Origin: Takakia lepidozioides | Taxonomy: Eukaryota > Plantae > Bryophyta | DNA: 64,000 nt | Direction: 5' to 3' | Assembly: GCA_030704615.1 (NCBI GenBank) | Contig: CM060731.1 | Location: 76,508,001-76,572,000 of the forward strand | Shown: piece after piece, positions 1 to 12,120 of the stretch | Numbering within the stretch: position 1 is the stretch's first letter | Layout of the letters: every line of letters starts with the position of its first letter | The notes under the pieces: generated by a model | Told to the model about the DNA's origin: nothing | Seen by the model: only the letters and a program-made list of their open reading frames with translations | The model's database searches: none | Position numbers and translations under genes: made by a program

Positions 1-687
1 TGGTACTGCATGAGCATAAAAAAACCGTCCCGTGAGCATGATCCACAATTATGGGAGTGATATGTATGACAGCGGAAATACATATAATAGACGGACATAG
101 GGTCTCTGCGTTAATAGGGTCTATATGGTGTCTAAACATAATCTTAAACATATAGAAGGAGCTTGAAAGGGAGAAACCTTGTTTTTAAAATAACCACAAA
201 AACAAATACCAAATCCCAAATTTTGTCGACGAACCCAAGTTTCACTGGCGAAAATCCAAGTTTCTTTTGGCGAAACCCAAGATGCGTTTGTGTTTCGCTG
301 GCGAAACCCTTTTTTTGGGTGGTTCTTGGGGATGTTCCACACACACACTTTTACCAAATGCCACATTGTTTACGCTCCCTGACCTTTGAGTTCTGGCAGA
401 TATATTTGTGGGTCTTTGTGCTCACGTGAGTTAAGCATGGACAATTTCATAAGTTTTGTCACGTGAGCACGGTTTTCAGATAGTTTCGTTTTTTTTTTTT
501 TTTTTTCGCTTCAGTCGGTACCCACACCCTTCTCATGAACCCTAGGTAATACTCTCGCATCCTACGGCTCCATTTCGAGATAGCTGATGAGTTGGAAGGG
601 AATACCAAGCTGAATATGTACCCCAAACGCCCGATAAATCAAATCAGGTAGAGGCGAGCCGACGCTTAAGCGGCTGTCCAAATAGAA

Positions 688-890
688 GTGGCAGCGTGCA
701 TTGGGCCCACATGGCCATTGCATGCCCCTTCAAAGTGGCTATTGCATGTGGGGCGCACATGGCTATTGCATGCAACATCTAGCAAGCTGACTCAACTCAA
801 CTAGCGTGGCTATTTGCATTGGGCCCACATGGCTATTGCATGCCCCTTGAAAGTGGCTATAGCATGGGGGGCCCACATGGAATCCATGCC
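688..890. repeat. Short tandem duplication (~120 bp unit) of a dispersed repeat; a third copy lies at ~49450-49510
   Basis: tgcattgggcccacatggc.attgcatgcccc...aaagtggctat.gcatg occurs at ~698 and ~816; catgggcccacttagctattcatgccccttgaaagtggcgattgcatgggg occurs at ~49455. Confidence 0.7.
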
Positions 891-1724
891 AAGGAATGCT
901 AGGGAAGGTTCTAGAAAGGAGGTGATTTTCGCAAGGTATAGCCCAAAGTGGGAGCTCAGGCAAGGACCAGAGGGTGCAGGAGGATCTAGGGTTCAAGTAG
1001 GGTGGGTGATTTCAAAGGTGAGGGAGGAGTGGGCCCAGGTCTACGTGCAGACAAGGAGATGGAAGGATTTTGGAAGACTGTGGTTTACTTGGGGCGGAAG
1101 GGTTGCTTGGTGTTGTGCTGACCGCACGACATGACTTGAGGGATGTACTGTAAATAAGTGGCGTACCCTTGCTTATTACATGCGCTGTAAAGACTGTTGA
1201 TGTAATGATGAACTGTCGAGGTTTTATGCCGACTTGTATTATTATTATGTCATGCTCTCCGTATTGAAGGTTAAATTTTCTGCTCGAAATTACATCTCCA
1301 ACGCGCTTGGCTGTATTCCATTGTGACAGGATACGCCTCTACACCGAATTTATATGACATGCGAAAGAGAATATGTACCCCAAGATAGTTTAAAACATAT
1401 AGAAAAGAAAGAAAGAGATTGTTTCTGTTTTTTATTCTTTTCGGTGCACTCGCTTTAGATCTACCCAAAAAAATAAAAATAAAATGATCTACAACAAGGA
1501 GAGACCGTCGTTGTGGCTAACGTCTGAGTAAAATCTCTAGCCCAGTTTTTCCTCCAGTGCGTGTCAATGAAAAGAAGAAGAGAGGGCTGCATCCCGAATC
1601 AATTCGGTCCGGTTTCTTATTTCTTTTTGGGGTAAAACTCAAGCAAACGTGGCGGCAACTGGTACGTGCCAGCTCTACATTTTGGATTAAACATAGGGTT
1701 TCGTCACAGGTAAGTATAACTAAC

Positions 1725-2095
1725 TCGTTCCGTGAAAAATTGGTCCGAGAATAAGTAAGTGGCAACTCTCGAGATGAAAGACCCAAACACAGATTGTCGA
1801 GACACAGTCTCATTCAGGAAGTGCGGGCCGCGATAAGCCACGGTTTCCGAGTACTTTCTGGGGATGGACTCTGAAACGCGGAGCAGCTTCTGGGTAGTGC
1901 AGGTATGGGCGTAAGATAAGCTGCTCCGCGTTTCAGAGTCAGTAGCCTTGTCTACTGCGACCTCTTCTCGTTCCTTGGCCCTTCTCAACTTGCCCTTATC
2001 CCACGTTATCATGACGTCAAGGAACGTGTTATTACGACGATGCAGAATCGCCGAAATGCTGCTTGGACAGATATTTCAAAGCAGCCAAATCTAGG
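1725..2095. repeat. Hairpin-containing dispersed repeat, copy 1 of 3
   Basis: Aligns with 6378-6810 and 21237-21690; perfect 23-bp inverted repeat at 1867-1889/1918-1940. Confidence 0.85.
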
Positions 2096-3273
2096 TACCC
2101 GACTGCAAAAGTCAGGCCCAAAAGAGCTACAAAGTTGCACGCGGTTGCACCCCACACTTCCACGAGAAAACGTGGGTAGTGCCCCAATGTCGGAAAGCCT
2201 CGGCCCTCAACCCAGCCTCAGAGTGCGGCGTGTAGTGCAACGGAAATCAGAGGGAGATCGGGGTAGTGCCCCATATTCGTACCGATTTTAGACTGGCCGG
2301 GCTGATGCGCCAGGCCCAACACCGGCTCTTTATAAGTTAAGATGGCTCCAGGCTCACGTGTTACTACTAAGCTGACTTGATCTCATTGAATGGAAGTAGC
2401 TGATGGGCGTTGTGTACAATTGCAGGGTCCTATTGAAAATATTGATCGATCGACCAGTGGACATTTGTCATGATCTGTGGACATTTGTCACGATTGATTG
2501 GAATGACCTGTTTTTTAATCTAGAGTGAGCTGGCATCTGTACATTTAGGAATGCTTCTAGTAATCTGTCTCTTCTTCCCGCTGCTATGTTAGAGTAAGTT
2601 AGAGCATTCTTTGATACAGAATGAAGATAAAAGAGTGAAGATAGGACACATGATATCTTGGCTCAAGAAGTGCAGATCTGTAGTAATAGTTTTCATGGTA
2701 TAAAAGCGAATGTACCAAATTGCGTGAGCTTTGTGACTGTTATGTCTATTGAATAAGCAAGGAAATAGGTGTCGTCTTGTTTTCTTGGCTGTTAGATGTT
2801 GCAGATTTCAATAGGTCCCACAGACGAACATGAGATGATATTTGCTTTGTGATTAAAATGTCGAGCTATGCACAGTAAGTGGGATATGTGGGAAGTCTCC
2901 CTCGGACTACAACGTCATTACGATATTGGATCTCCACAAATCTTTGTATCAACTGAATTAGTACGCAAAAGTTCTTCCCTAAACATATACTTATAACTTG
3001 ATCCACATTCACAGCGACTCATGAACAATAACGTCTAATAACTATATATTCGAATGATTTGAGCTTTGATACTCAGATTCCAGTATAATTTAATCTTCAA
3101 CTTCACTCCATGCTTATTTTGTATCTGTTGCAAGACGGCCAGCCTGATCATCACCTCATGATTATTGTTCAGTTGACAAGAGAGAGAGATATGACTCCAC
3201 TAGCGTACATAAAAGTCTCTTCCCCTTTCCCTAAAATTGGACAATTAGCTGCTATGTGGGAGCTATGTGGGGG

Positions 3274-4260
3274 TCACAGAGTGCTAATATCAAAGAAACT
3301 AGGCACACCAGCTTCCAGCTGCGAAATCACTCTGTCGCCCACGCCAAAGGACTTCTTCAGGACTGCATGAGGGATGTTGGCGTGAAACATTTGGTTTGCG
3401 ACAAACAGAAATCCCGGATATTGGGCATTTAGTGAGTTGAAGGTACTCGCAGTTGTGTTGCCGGCATTTATCTGAAAATGGACAGACCCTCTTGGGAAGA
3501 TAATGAGGTCTCCCTTTTGCAAGGTTTGTGCATAGAGCACATTATCATAGCTCACAAAGCCTGCGTACACCGATCCCTCCAAAACGAAGAGTGTTTCGGT
3601 AGCCAAAGGATGGATGTGAGGAGGGATGACACCACCGATTCCGAAGTCAAGTCGTGCATGCGAGAGGCCTAGCGTGTTGATCCCCGGGAATTCTTTAACG
3701 GTTGCCAATGTGGGATAAGCATTGGTCCCTGTACTTGAGGGGGTGCCTGGCAGGCATGAAAATACAGAGTTAGATTTTCAACTTGAAAGTCCAGATTTCA
3801 AAGACGTTATGGATCCAAAGAGCTTAAAATAACAGTTGAGGGAGTGCTACGTGGACTCCTATTGCATTTATCTGAAGTCTATCTATCGAGCATAGGAAAG
3901 CGACCAACAACTAGTAGCCCAGTTAATACTTACAGCGCCTGCGACATACATCTTAACAAGTAGTCAATCAACAGATTGGTACACAATTCAAATCCATCGC
4001 AACTGAAAGTTAAGGAGCGCACCAGCCGGCCCACGCAAACCCGTGAATACAAAATCTTTGGAGGTGACAGATCCACGCTCTTTGCATGCGAAACCATTCA
4101 TATGTGACGCAGTCTTCGAAAAGTCTGCTACACAGAAGTCCTGCAAGGGATCGGGGTCTGCTGCATGTACGATCATAGTGGCCATACTTGTAATGCACAA
4201 AGTTAAAACGATCGCTCTTGATACCATGTGGATACTACTGCAACGTCCCAGTTTCTCCAT
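3274..4260 (-). CDS. Germin-like protein (cupin), 2 exons: 4260-4023 and 3746-3274, 236 aa
   Basis: Signal-peptide-like N-terminus, [12 protein letters not shown] box, GINTLG, Mn-binding germin boxes PPHIHPLATE and FPRGSVHFQIN, KGD motif; canonical GT..AG phase-1 intron that splices in frame. Confidence 0.92.
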
Positions 4261-4792
4261 AGCTCGACAAACAAACGCCAGTGGTCAGCTAGACAACGCG
4301 ATCAGTCTAGCTCAGTTGTCAGGAACTCGCACAGTAATTAAAGAGCTTAACTATACCGACTGCTATAGATTGTAGTGTTGCTGACATGAACTCTGCAGAA
4401 TAGAGAACTGTTGAGTTCGGTTTGTGCTGTTGAGCTCAGCATTATCGCACTTTTATGGGCAGTGCAGATGAGTTGCCTGCAAACAAGCCAGGCCCCAGCT
4501 GACGCGTGATCGCAAGCCGCCCTCCAATGTAGGATCTGTCATGCAGCATCTGCGATCCTGCAGCTGCCTGAGTTTCAACTGAAGGATAGATTTTGGATAC
4601 AAGATTGGGCACGTTTTAAAGAAGGCGACATTGGTATTACTCTTGTTACAATCACACCTCACGACATGTTAACTAAACTAAATCTTTAATTAGGGTAGGT
4701 AATTAGAAGCTAACTAAATGCCTCATTCTCGGCATCAGTGCACACTCAGGCCGGTTAAGAGCTACTACCTTATGTTTGGAAGGTGGAGACAA

Positions 4793-4933
4793 CCAGCATG
4801 TAGCCGAGTGCTAATGGGCACATACCACGTTGCATGTGGTATGGGTTCAAACCACGGTCTGGTGTGTCATGAAGGTGTCCACCTTTCAGCCGGAAGGGCA
4901 GTAGCCCTTGTGGTGAAGAGACACCATAAGTTT
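4793..4933 (+). mobile_element. tRNA-derived SINE-like element, family A, copy 1
   Basis: A-box-like TAGCCGAGTG, B-box GGTTCAAACC, ACCAG/CTGGT acceptor-like stem and a non-tRNA 3' body; homologous to 51181-51316. Confidence 0.65.
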
Positions 4934-5240
4934 CCATATGTGCGTTTCCATATTCCTCTAGGCAGTTCCACGTTTGGCAAGAGTGTCAAGTTTGTGGGAA
5001 GTTGGAGGTATTGAGTAGGAATTCAAGAGGATCATTACAATCACACAATTCCAATGCGACTGTATTTTTCCTCTATACTCAGACTTGCAAAACCACATGT
5101 CCCAAAGCGATGTTCAATGGTTTCTTCATGTGCTAGGGGGGAGATACATAAATGATTATGAACTTGTATGTTCGGCATCGGTCTGTTGCTCAGTGTCCTC
5201 AGTCTCACCAATCTGGTGCTCAGTCGCTCACCGCTCTGGT

Positions 5241-6352
5241 CAGTTTTATACTTTTTCTAGGGCTTCATGAATCATTCCCATCAACCCTCCATAGACTAGG
5301 CTTAATGGATAAGCCTAGTTCTCTCCCTAAAGATGTCTCCACAATGCCTCTATCCCTTGCGGGTCCCATCAACCCTCTAAAGACTAAGCTCTCTCTCTCT
5401 CTAGGGGTACATAGGACCATTAACACTAGGAATAGGAATGAGGTAATACGGTAATAACTTAATGCACATGTGCAACCTCTGACAGCATGGTAGGCTTAAT
5501 GGATAAGCCAGTTCTCCGTTCTCGCCTAGGCAAGAAGTAGTCTCCACAATGCCTCTATCCCTTGCAGGTCCCATGTCCCATCAACCTTCTAAAGACTAGG
5601 CTCTCTCTCTCTCTAGGCTTAATGGATAAGCCAGTTCTCCGTTCTCGCCTAGGCAAGAATTCTCCACAATGCCTCTATCCCTTGGAGATCTCACGTCCCA
5701 TCAACCTTCTAAAGACTAGGCGCTCTCTCTCTCTCTCTAGGCTTAGTAGATAAGCCTAGTTCTCCATTCTCTGCCTAGGCAAGAAGTCTCCACAATGCCT
5801 CTATCCCTTGCGGGACGGAGCCAAGAAAAACAAGCGGCTCCCCCCACAAGAGGCTCTGTCCTTTGGTGATTTTGTGGTTGTTGTTTTATACTTTTTCTAG
5901 GGTTTCATGAATCATTTCCATTAACCCTCCATAGACTAGGCAAATGGATAAGCCTAGTTCTCTCCCTAAAGATGTATCCACTATGCCTCTATCCCTTGCG
6001 GGTCCCATCAACCCTCTAAAGACTAGGCTCTCTCTCTCTCGGCTTAATAGATAAGCGTGGTTTTCCCTTCTCCCCCTAGGCAAGAAGTCTCCACAATGCC
6101 TCTATCCCTTGCGGGTCCCATCAACCCTCTAAAGACTAGGGGCGCTCTCTCTCTCTAGGCTTAATGGATAAGCCCAGTTCTCTTCCTAAAGATGCTTCCA
6201 CAATGCCTCTATCCCTAGCGGGTCCCATCAACCCTCTAATGACTAGGCTCTCTATATCTCTCTCTAGGCTTAATGGATTAGCCTAGTTCTCCGTTCTCCG
6301 CCTAGGCAAGAAGTCTCCACAATGCATCTATCCCTTGCGGGACAAAGCCAAC
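5241..6352. repeat. Tandem satellite of about 8 units (~100-125 bp) in two higher-order blocks; each unit carries a CTAGGCTTA-n5-TAAGCCTAG-type hairpin and a (CT)n tract
   Basis: ggcttaatggataagcc or variants at ~5299, 5493, 5616, 5740, 5939, 6041, 6158, 6267; both blocks begin gttttatactttttctaggg (~5243, ~5883). Confidence 0.9.
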
Positions 6353-6377
6353 AAAGAAAACTTCTAGGCAGTTTTTT

Positions 6378-6810
6378 ACGTTCATAAAAATGGTCCCAAG
6401 ACTAAGTCACGGAAACTCTTGAGAAACCCTTCCATGCGTAGTCATTTGCTTGGCAGGGCCAATGAAGACCCAAAAACAGATTGTCGAGTTTTGAGAAAGT
6501 CTCGTTCAGGAAGCACGGGTCGCGATAAGCCACGGTTTCCGAGTATTTTCTTGGGATGGACTCTGAAACGCGGAGCAGCTTCTGGGTAGTGCAGTTACTT
6601 ATGGGCGTAAGAGAAGCTGCTCCGCGTTTCAGCCTTGGCTCTCTACTCGATCATTTTTGCGAGTATTGCCTCCTCTTATTGTTCCTTGGTCCGTCTCAAC
6701 TTGCCCTTATCCGACATCAAGGAACGTGTTACTACGATGATGCAGAATCGACGAAATGTTGCTTGCACAGATATTGCAAAGTAGCCTTCTGTTGGATTCC
6801 AACAGAAGGG
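6378..6810. repeat. Hairpin-containing dispersed repeat, copy 2 of 3
   Basis: Same sequence family as 1725-2095; 21-bp inverted repeat ctgaaacgcggagcagcttct / agaagctgctccgcgtttcag. Confidence 0.85.
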
Positions 6811-6939
6811 GCCCGAATATACTCACCTGCAGGCAGAATCTGATCCCTATGGCATATTCATAGCATTTTCCTGGATCCCACCAAGTACTCAGTGAGCTGA
6901 ATATTGGTGAAAAAATTTCGCAACTTGTTTGTACACATG

Positions 6940-7666
6940 TGTCGCGCACCTCACTTCGGTAAACTCCCCTTTAAGTCGTAGTTACTCGCTTTGATGCGCC
7001 CGCCTGGCTCCCAACCTAGCTGCCGGGCCAACTTGGAGCTTCGGCTGCTCACCGGGATATAACGGTCCCCCTTCGCTCCCCCACTAAACCCTCCACCTAT
7101 TTGGGCCTAGTGGAATTCCCTTTGGTAGATGGCAGTCCGGAGCAGCTCCCCACTCTTTGGTCACTTTCCGGCTCGCCCGCTTACTCACTAGTTTTTGGTC
7201 ACCAACGGGCTTGCACCGTTCTCGGGGTTACTACTCCCTATATATACTTCTGTAGCTGTTCACGGGGGTTTCACAACCAGCCATGCCATTTTATGGCGAA
7301 CCACCACGAAAAACCCTCGACTCCCGGTGATGAGTCGCGGTGAGTCTTGGCCCACTCACCACGGCCCCTATGGACCGTGATGAGTCCCAAGACTCCCCAC
7401 GACTCCCACCACGAGGTCTCCGCCCCCATGGTGAGTCCTATGCCACCCCACTAAGTCCCGCTAAGCTACCACCACCCCTTGTGGAGCCACCCCCACCGCA
7501 ACCCGGTGTTCGGGGCTCCACCTAGTGAGCGCCTCCGCCTCCTTGAGTGCCTTGGGCACTCAAGAGTGCTTCAGCCCCCCATACCTATCACTGCCGCTGC
7601 CCCCACCACAGGGGCAGCCCCTCATGTGTCCCGACCCCCCTGCTCTCAAGGCAAAGGGCCGCGACA
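6940..7666 (-). mobile_element. Solo LTR of a Ty3/gypsy retrotransposon
   Basis: TGTCGCG...CGCGACA termini; 5-bp TSD ACATG (6935-6939, 7667-7671); reverse-complement homologue of the LTR at 45872-46595. Confidence 0.92.
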
Positions 7667-8339
7667 ACATGTGTAATTGAAGTTCAAGGGTCCATGGCCA
7701 GCAAGGGCTATTCCTGCACCACTCCCTGTGATGTGACCATATGTCTGTCCCCATAATTGTATAGCATATATGTTGTGTAACTGTGTTGGGGTCCTTAGTG
7801 AAGCGAGTTCAAATTCAGACCGTGAATAGTTCTTCCAGACTCGGTCATGTCATGTTTAGATGAACAAGGACCCTTCCCTTTGTACGTATTGCAGAGGCAG
7901 AGATGATTGACAAGGGCGGAGGAGATATCCATCCATTGCGAGTTCATGTTATTGACACCGATGAATGGAAATGAACGTCCTCAAAAATGCAAAATGGATT
8001 TAGGGAATGTCAATGCCGTTAACTACATCAAGCACAACTTCATTAAAAAAACTCGACTAGCAATGGATTTTCTGTTTAACGCAGTGCTAGTCCTTCTGGT
8101 TTCCCTCAGGCTTCATGATGCTACAGTGGGGTCTTCATTGAACCAAGTATTCATGAAGGCGAAGGCTGTTCCATACAGTTTCTTTAGTGCTTTTGTATTC
8201 TGGAGTCGGAGGTCTGTCACCCTGGAACTTTTATCAAATGCATGTGAATGCACTGCCTCAGTCTGTGCAATGACTAGTATTCCCAAAGCTGCCACATGAC
8301 GATAGATTCCCACCATGATTCTAGAATATCCTAACCAAG

Positions 8340-9575
8340 AATCTTCTACAGGCGTGATGTGGTCGGGCTTCACCCCTTTCCACATCATTTGCTGATAGCC
8401 ACGCCCAAACAAAGAAAACTGATGTGGACTCTAGTGAAGAAATTGTGAGCAACCAAGTAAAATCCAACACATAAGTTGACAAACCTACAACTTGTCTGAC
8501 TTCAAACCGTCGGCCACACCTGTACTGCCATGTCGCCATGGACCTCTTCGCCCTTTTCCAGAGCTGCCAGGCCTTCACACGCATTGCAAATGCACACAAA
8601 CGTTATGTAGTAGGGCTTCACCCTTTCGCACATCATTTGCGCCTCAGAATTTTGTGTGGCCTCGTCGTAATGAGGCCGCAGGTGTAGAGGGGACATGGAC
8701 CTGACAGCGGGCCCGCTACATTAAAAGGATCCCTATTCCCTTGTTTCTCTTATATATTGAAAAAAGTCGGATTATTGGCATGGCAGAGCTTGTGGTCTGG
8801 TAGGTAGGTAGATGGTGATGTGGCGATGCAGGTCATGGGATCCATTTCCTGAACGTAGTTCCGTTGGATGGCAATTACCTCCACGGAGGTGGTATGCAAC
8901 TACTCTCACGTAGGTAGTTCAGCTTAGTTTTGCAACTACCTTCATGTAGAAAATCCTAAAACTACCTGCATGGAGGTAGTTGTAAAATTCATATGCCAAA
9001 AAAATTCTAAGTCCTTGACGCATGAAGGTAGTTTGCTCCTATATTAATGAGACGGCATGACGGTCGTCTGACCAGCCTCATAACGACGAGGCCACTCAAA
9101 ATTCTGAGCCATCATTTGCTCATAGGTCTCCAAAGCCTCCATCCCGCACCCTTGTTGTGCATACCCTGCTACCATTGCACTCCACGACACCACATCTCGT
9201 TCAGCCCCACATTTGACATACATGTCCACCAGGGCAGTGTTGATCAGAATGACATCAGGTACAATTCCAGCTCTGACGATGTCACCATGGACCTCTTTGC
9301 CCTTTTCCAGGGCTGCCAGGCTTGCACACGCATTGCAAATGCAAACAAACGTTATGTGGTTGGGCTTCACCCCTTCGCACATCATTTGCTCTTAGGTCTC
9401 CAAAGCCTCCATCCCGCGCCCTTGCTGTGCATATCCTGCAATCATCGCACTTCACACCCTCATTCAGCCATACTGTCGAACACTCCCTTCATACATGTCC
9501 ACTAGGGTATTGTTCATAATGACATTTGGTACAATTGCAGCTCTGACAATGTCGCCATGGACCTCTTTGCCATTG
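8340..9575 (-). pseudogene. PLS-class PPR gene relic interrupted by a MITE
   Basis: Motifs such as KPNHITFVCICNACASLAALEKGKEVHGDIVRAGI, TALVDMYVKCG and DVVSWSAMVAGYAQQG, with stops, deletions and frameshifts. Confidence 0.85.
8641..9110. mobile_element. Mutator-type MITE (470 bp)
   Basis: ~36-bp imperfect TIRs (8641-8676 / 9075-9110) and 9-bp TSD ATCATTTGC (8632-8640, 9111-9119); removing it restores the PPR reading ...ETYEQMMCERVKP. Confidence 0.88.
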
Positions 9576-10149
9576 CAAACCTTGCCAACTCAGTGCGAAC
9601 TACCTTCTAGAACTCAACGAGGGTTTTTTGTCAAGAGGTTGACTCTCTCACTAAATGACCTCATCAAATGTAACAGAAATTTCTCCAGGATTCGGGATTG
9701 TTACTTATAGCTGAATTGGGTTGGACTACTCAAGATTGACAGGCTCATGTACACGCTGCACAAGCCTCCTTTCAATCAGGTAGACTCTCGTTGGTCACAT
9801 CTCTGTGAGCAGTAGTTTGTTACATATAGTCCGCTCAATCCAGTTCTCTGTCAAGCACCTGCGTTGCTGTGCGAGACTGTTACACCTCCGATCTTCCACC
9901 TTCTCCTCAGATGTCTTCTCTTTCGGCTACTCTTCAGATGTATGCGCATTTAAGTGCCATTGGCTGTCTGATAGCAGAAAGTTGAAGCATTGAGGCACTA
10001 GAAGACTACCCTGAGCTGGTACCGCACCAGACAGCTGGGAGACTACCTAGTATCTGTACCAATTGAACAACATCACCAGGATGTTCATGATCACTAGCAG
10101 AAATATTCAGGAACGGAAACTCGCAACGACGTGTACTGCACAAGGACTT

Positions 10150-10510
10150 TTGCAGCACTGCAGCACTTGGGGATCTTTGTGCGACAAGTTTGAGATAAAC
10201 AAAATTAGTCCCGGATATTGGGCATTCATAACGTTGAAGATAAACCGCAGGCATTCATCTGAAAATTTACGGACTCTCTTGCAGGGAGGACAATTACGAA
10301 CTTTATTGTGTATCCCTTGACAACGAATTACAGTGTTCATGGTAATTGAAAAGGGTGGATATGGGAAGGGATGACACCACCGATTCTGAAGACGTTGAGG
10401 TGTGCAGGCGAATACCTAGCGTGTTGAGGCTCTTGGGGTTAGCATCCGGAGCTGCAGGATCTGGTCGCACAACATTTTAATTCTGAACTACAACTGGTAA
10501 CCATCATGAA
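10150..10510 (-). pseudogene. Heavily degraded third germin-like gene
   Basis: Remnants DPDP-like, LNTLG, RIGGVIPSHIHP, VNFQMNA and NAQYPGL with deletions and frameshifts; TATAAA on the minus strand at ~10640. Confidence 0.75.
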
Positions 10511-11140
10511 AGCAAGCTACAACCAAGCCTCAACGCAGCCTTAGAGTGCTGCGTGGAGTGCAACGGAAATCAGAGGGAGATCGGGGTAGTGCCCAATTTT
10601 AGACTGGCCTGACTGATGAACCAGGCCCAACATCGGTTCTTTATAAGTTAAGATGGCTCGAGGCTCACGTGTTACTACTAAGCTGACTGATCTCATGAAG
10701 ATGGAGTGGAAGTAGCTGATGGGTGTTGTGTACAATTGCAGGGTCCCACGCCGAACAGGAGATGATCTTTGCTTTGTGATTAAAATGTCGAGCCATGCAC
10801 AGTAAGTGGGATATGTGGGAAGTCTCCCTCGGACATAAGGTAACGATGGACCTCCACAAATCTTTGTATCGACTAAATTAGTATACGAACTTTAGACAGT
10901 ATAGGGAAGTCTGAATATAGTGAAGTATAGTATTACTGTAATATCAAATTATATCAGATCCCATCAGATTACAGTATTTCAACTTCCCTCCATGTTTATT
11001 TAATATCTGTTTCTGGCCGGCCAGCCTGATCTCCCCATGATTCAACTAGAGAGAGACATGACTCCACTAGCGTACATAAAAGTCTCTTCCCCATGCGGGT
11101 TCCAACTAACTAAATTCTGACAATAGCTGATATCTGGGGA

Positions 11141-12120
11141 TCACAGAGTGCTAATATCGAAGAAACTAGGCACACCAGCTTCCAGCTGCGAAATCAATCT
11201 GTCGCCCACTCCCAAGGACTTCTTCAGGACTGCATAGGGGATGTTGGCGTGAAACATTTGGTTTGCGACAAACAGAAATCCCGGATATTGGGCATTTAGT
11301 GAGTTGAAGGTAATCGCAGTTGTGTTGCCGGCATTTATCTGAAAATGCACAGACGCTCTTGGGAAGATAATGAGGTCTCCCTTTTGCAAGGTTTGTGCAT
11401 ACAGCACATTATCATAGCTCACAAAGCCTGCGTACACCGATCCCTCCAAAACGAAGAGTGTTTCGGTAGCCAAAGGATGGATGTGAGGAGGGATGACACC
11501 ACCGATTCCGAAGTCAAGTCGTGCATGCGAGAGGCCTAGCGTGTTGATCCCCGGGAGTTCTTTAACGGTTCCAGTGTGGGATAAGCATTGGTCCCCGTAC
11601 TGGAGGGGTCGCCCGGCAGGCATGAAAATACAGAATTAGAGTTTCAGCGTGAAAGTCCAGACTTCAAAGAGTCTTTGACTCATGATGGATCCAAAGAGCT
11701 TAGAATAACACTTGCGGTATGCACTTATCTTCTGTATCTATCATGCATCGGATTGCGACCAACTAGCTGTAGCCCATGAGTTAACACTTCTAGCTGCGAC
11801 ATGTACAACTTAACAAGAAGTCAATCAACATTATATTGGTACACGATTCGAATCGACTGCAAGTGAAAGTTAAGGGGCGCACCAGCAGGCCCGCGCAAAC
11901 CCGTGAATACAAAGTCTTTCGAGGTGACAGATCCACGCTCTTTGCATGCGAAACCATTCACATGTGACGCAGACTTCGAAAAGTCTGCTACACAAAAGTC
12001 CTGCAAGGGATCGGGGTCTACTGCTTCTACGATCATGGTGGCCATACTTGTAATGCACAAAGCTACAACGATCGCTCTTGATACCATGTGGGCACTACTG
12101 CAACGTCTCAGTCTCTCCAT
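11141..12120 (-). pseudogene. Germin-like protein paralogue, probably recently disabled (exon 1 12120-11883; exon 2 ~11612-11141)
   Basis: Near-identical to 3274-4260, but the acceptor AG is GG (11613-11614) and exon 2 has a 1-nt deletion near 11571 (ccc aca ctg ga acc versus ccc aca ttg gca acc); box 2 reads FPRASVHFQ. Confidence 0.8.

Noticed and set aside
584-616. CTGATGAG followed by a short stem, resembling a hammerhead ribozyme core
   Set aside because: The required GAAA after stem II is missing (it reads ccaagctgaat) and stems I and III are not evident
2058-2093. Hairpin plus CTAG resembling a Helitron 3' end
   Set aside because: CTAG is followed by G rather than T, it is not conserved in copies 2 and 3, and homology between those copies continues past it
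5241-6352. CRISPR-like array of palindromic repeats
   Set aside because: The intervening sequences are themselves repeated rather than unique spacers; there are no cas genes and the context is eukaryotic
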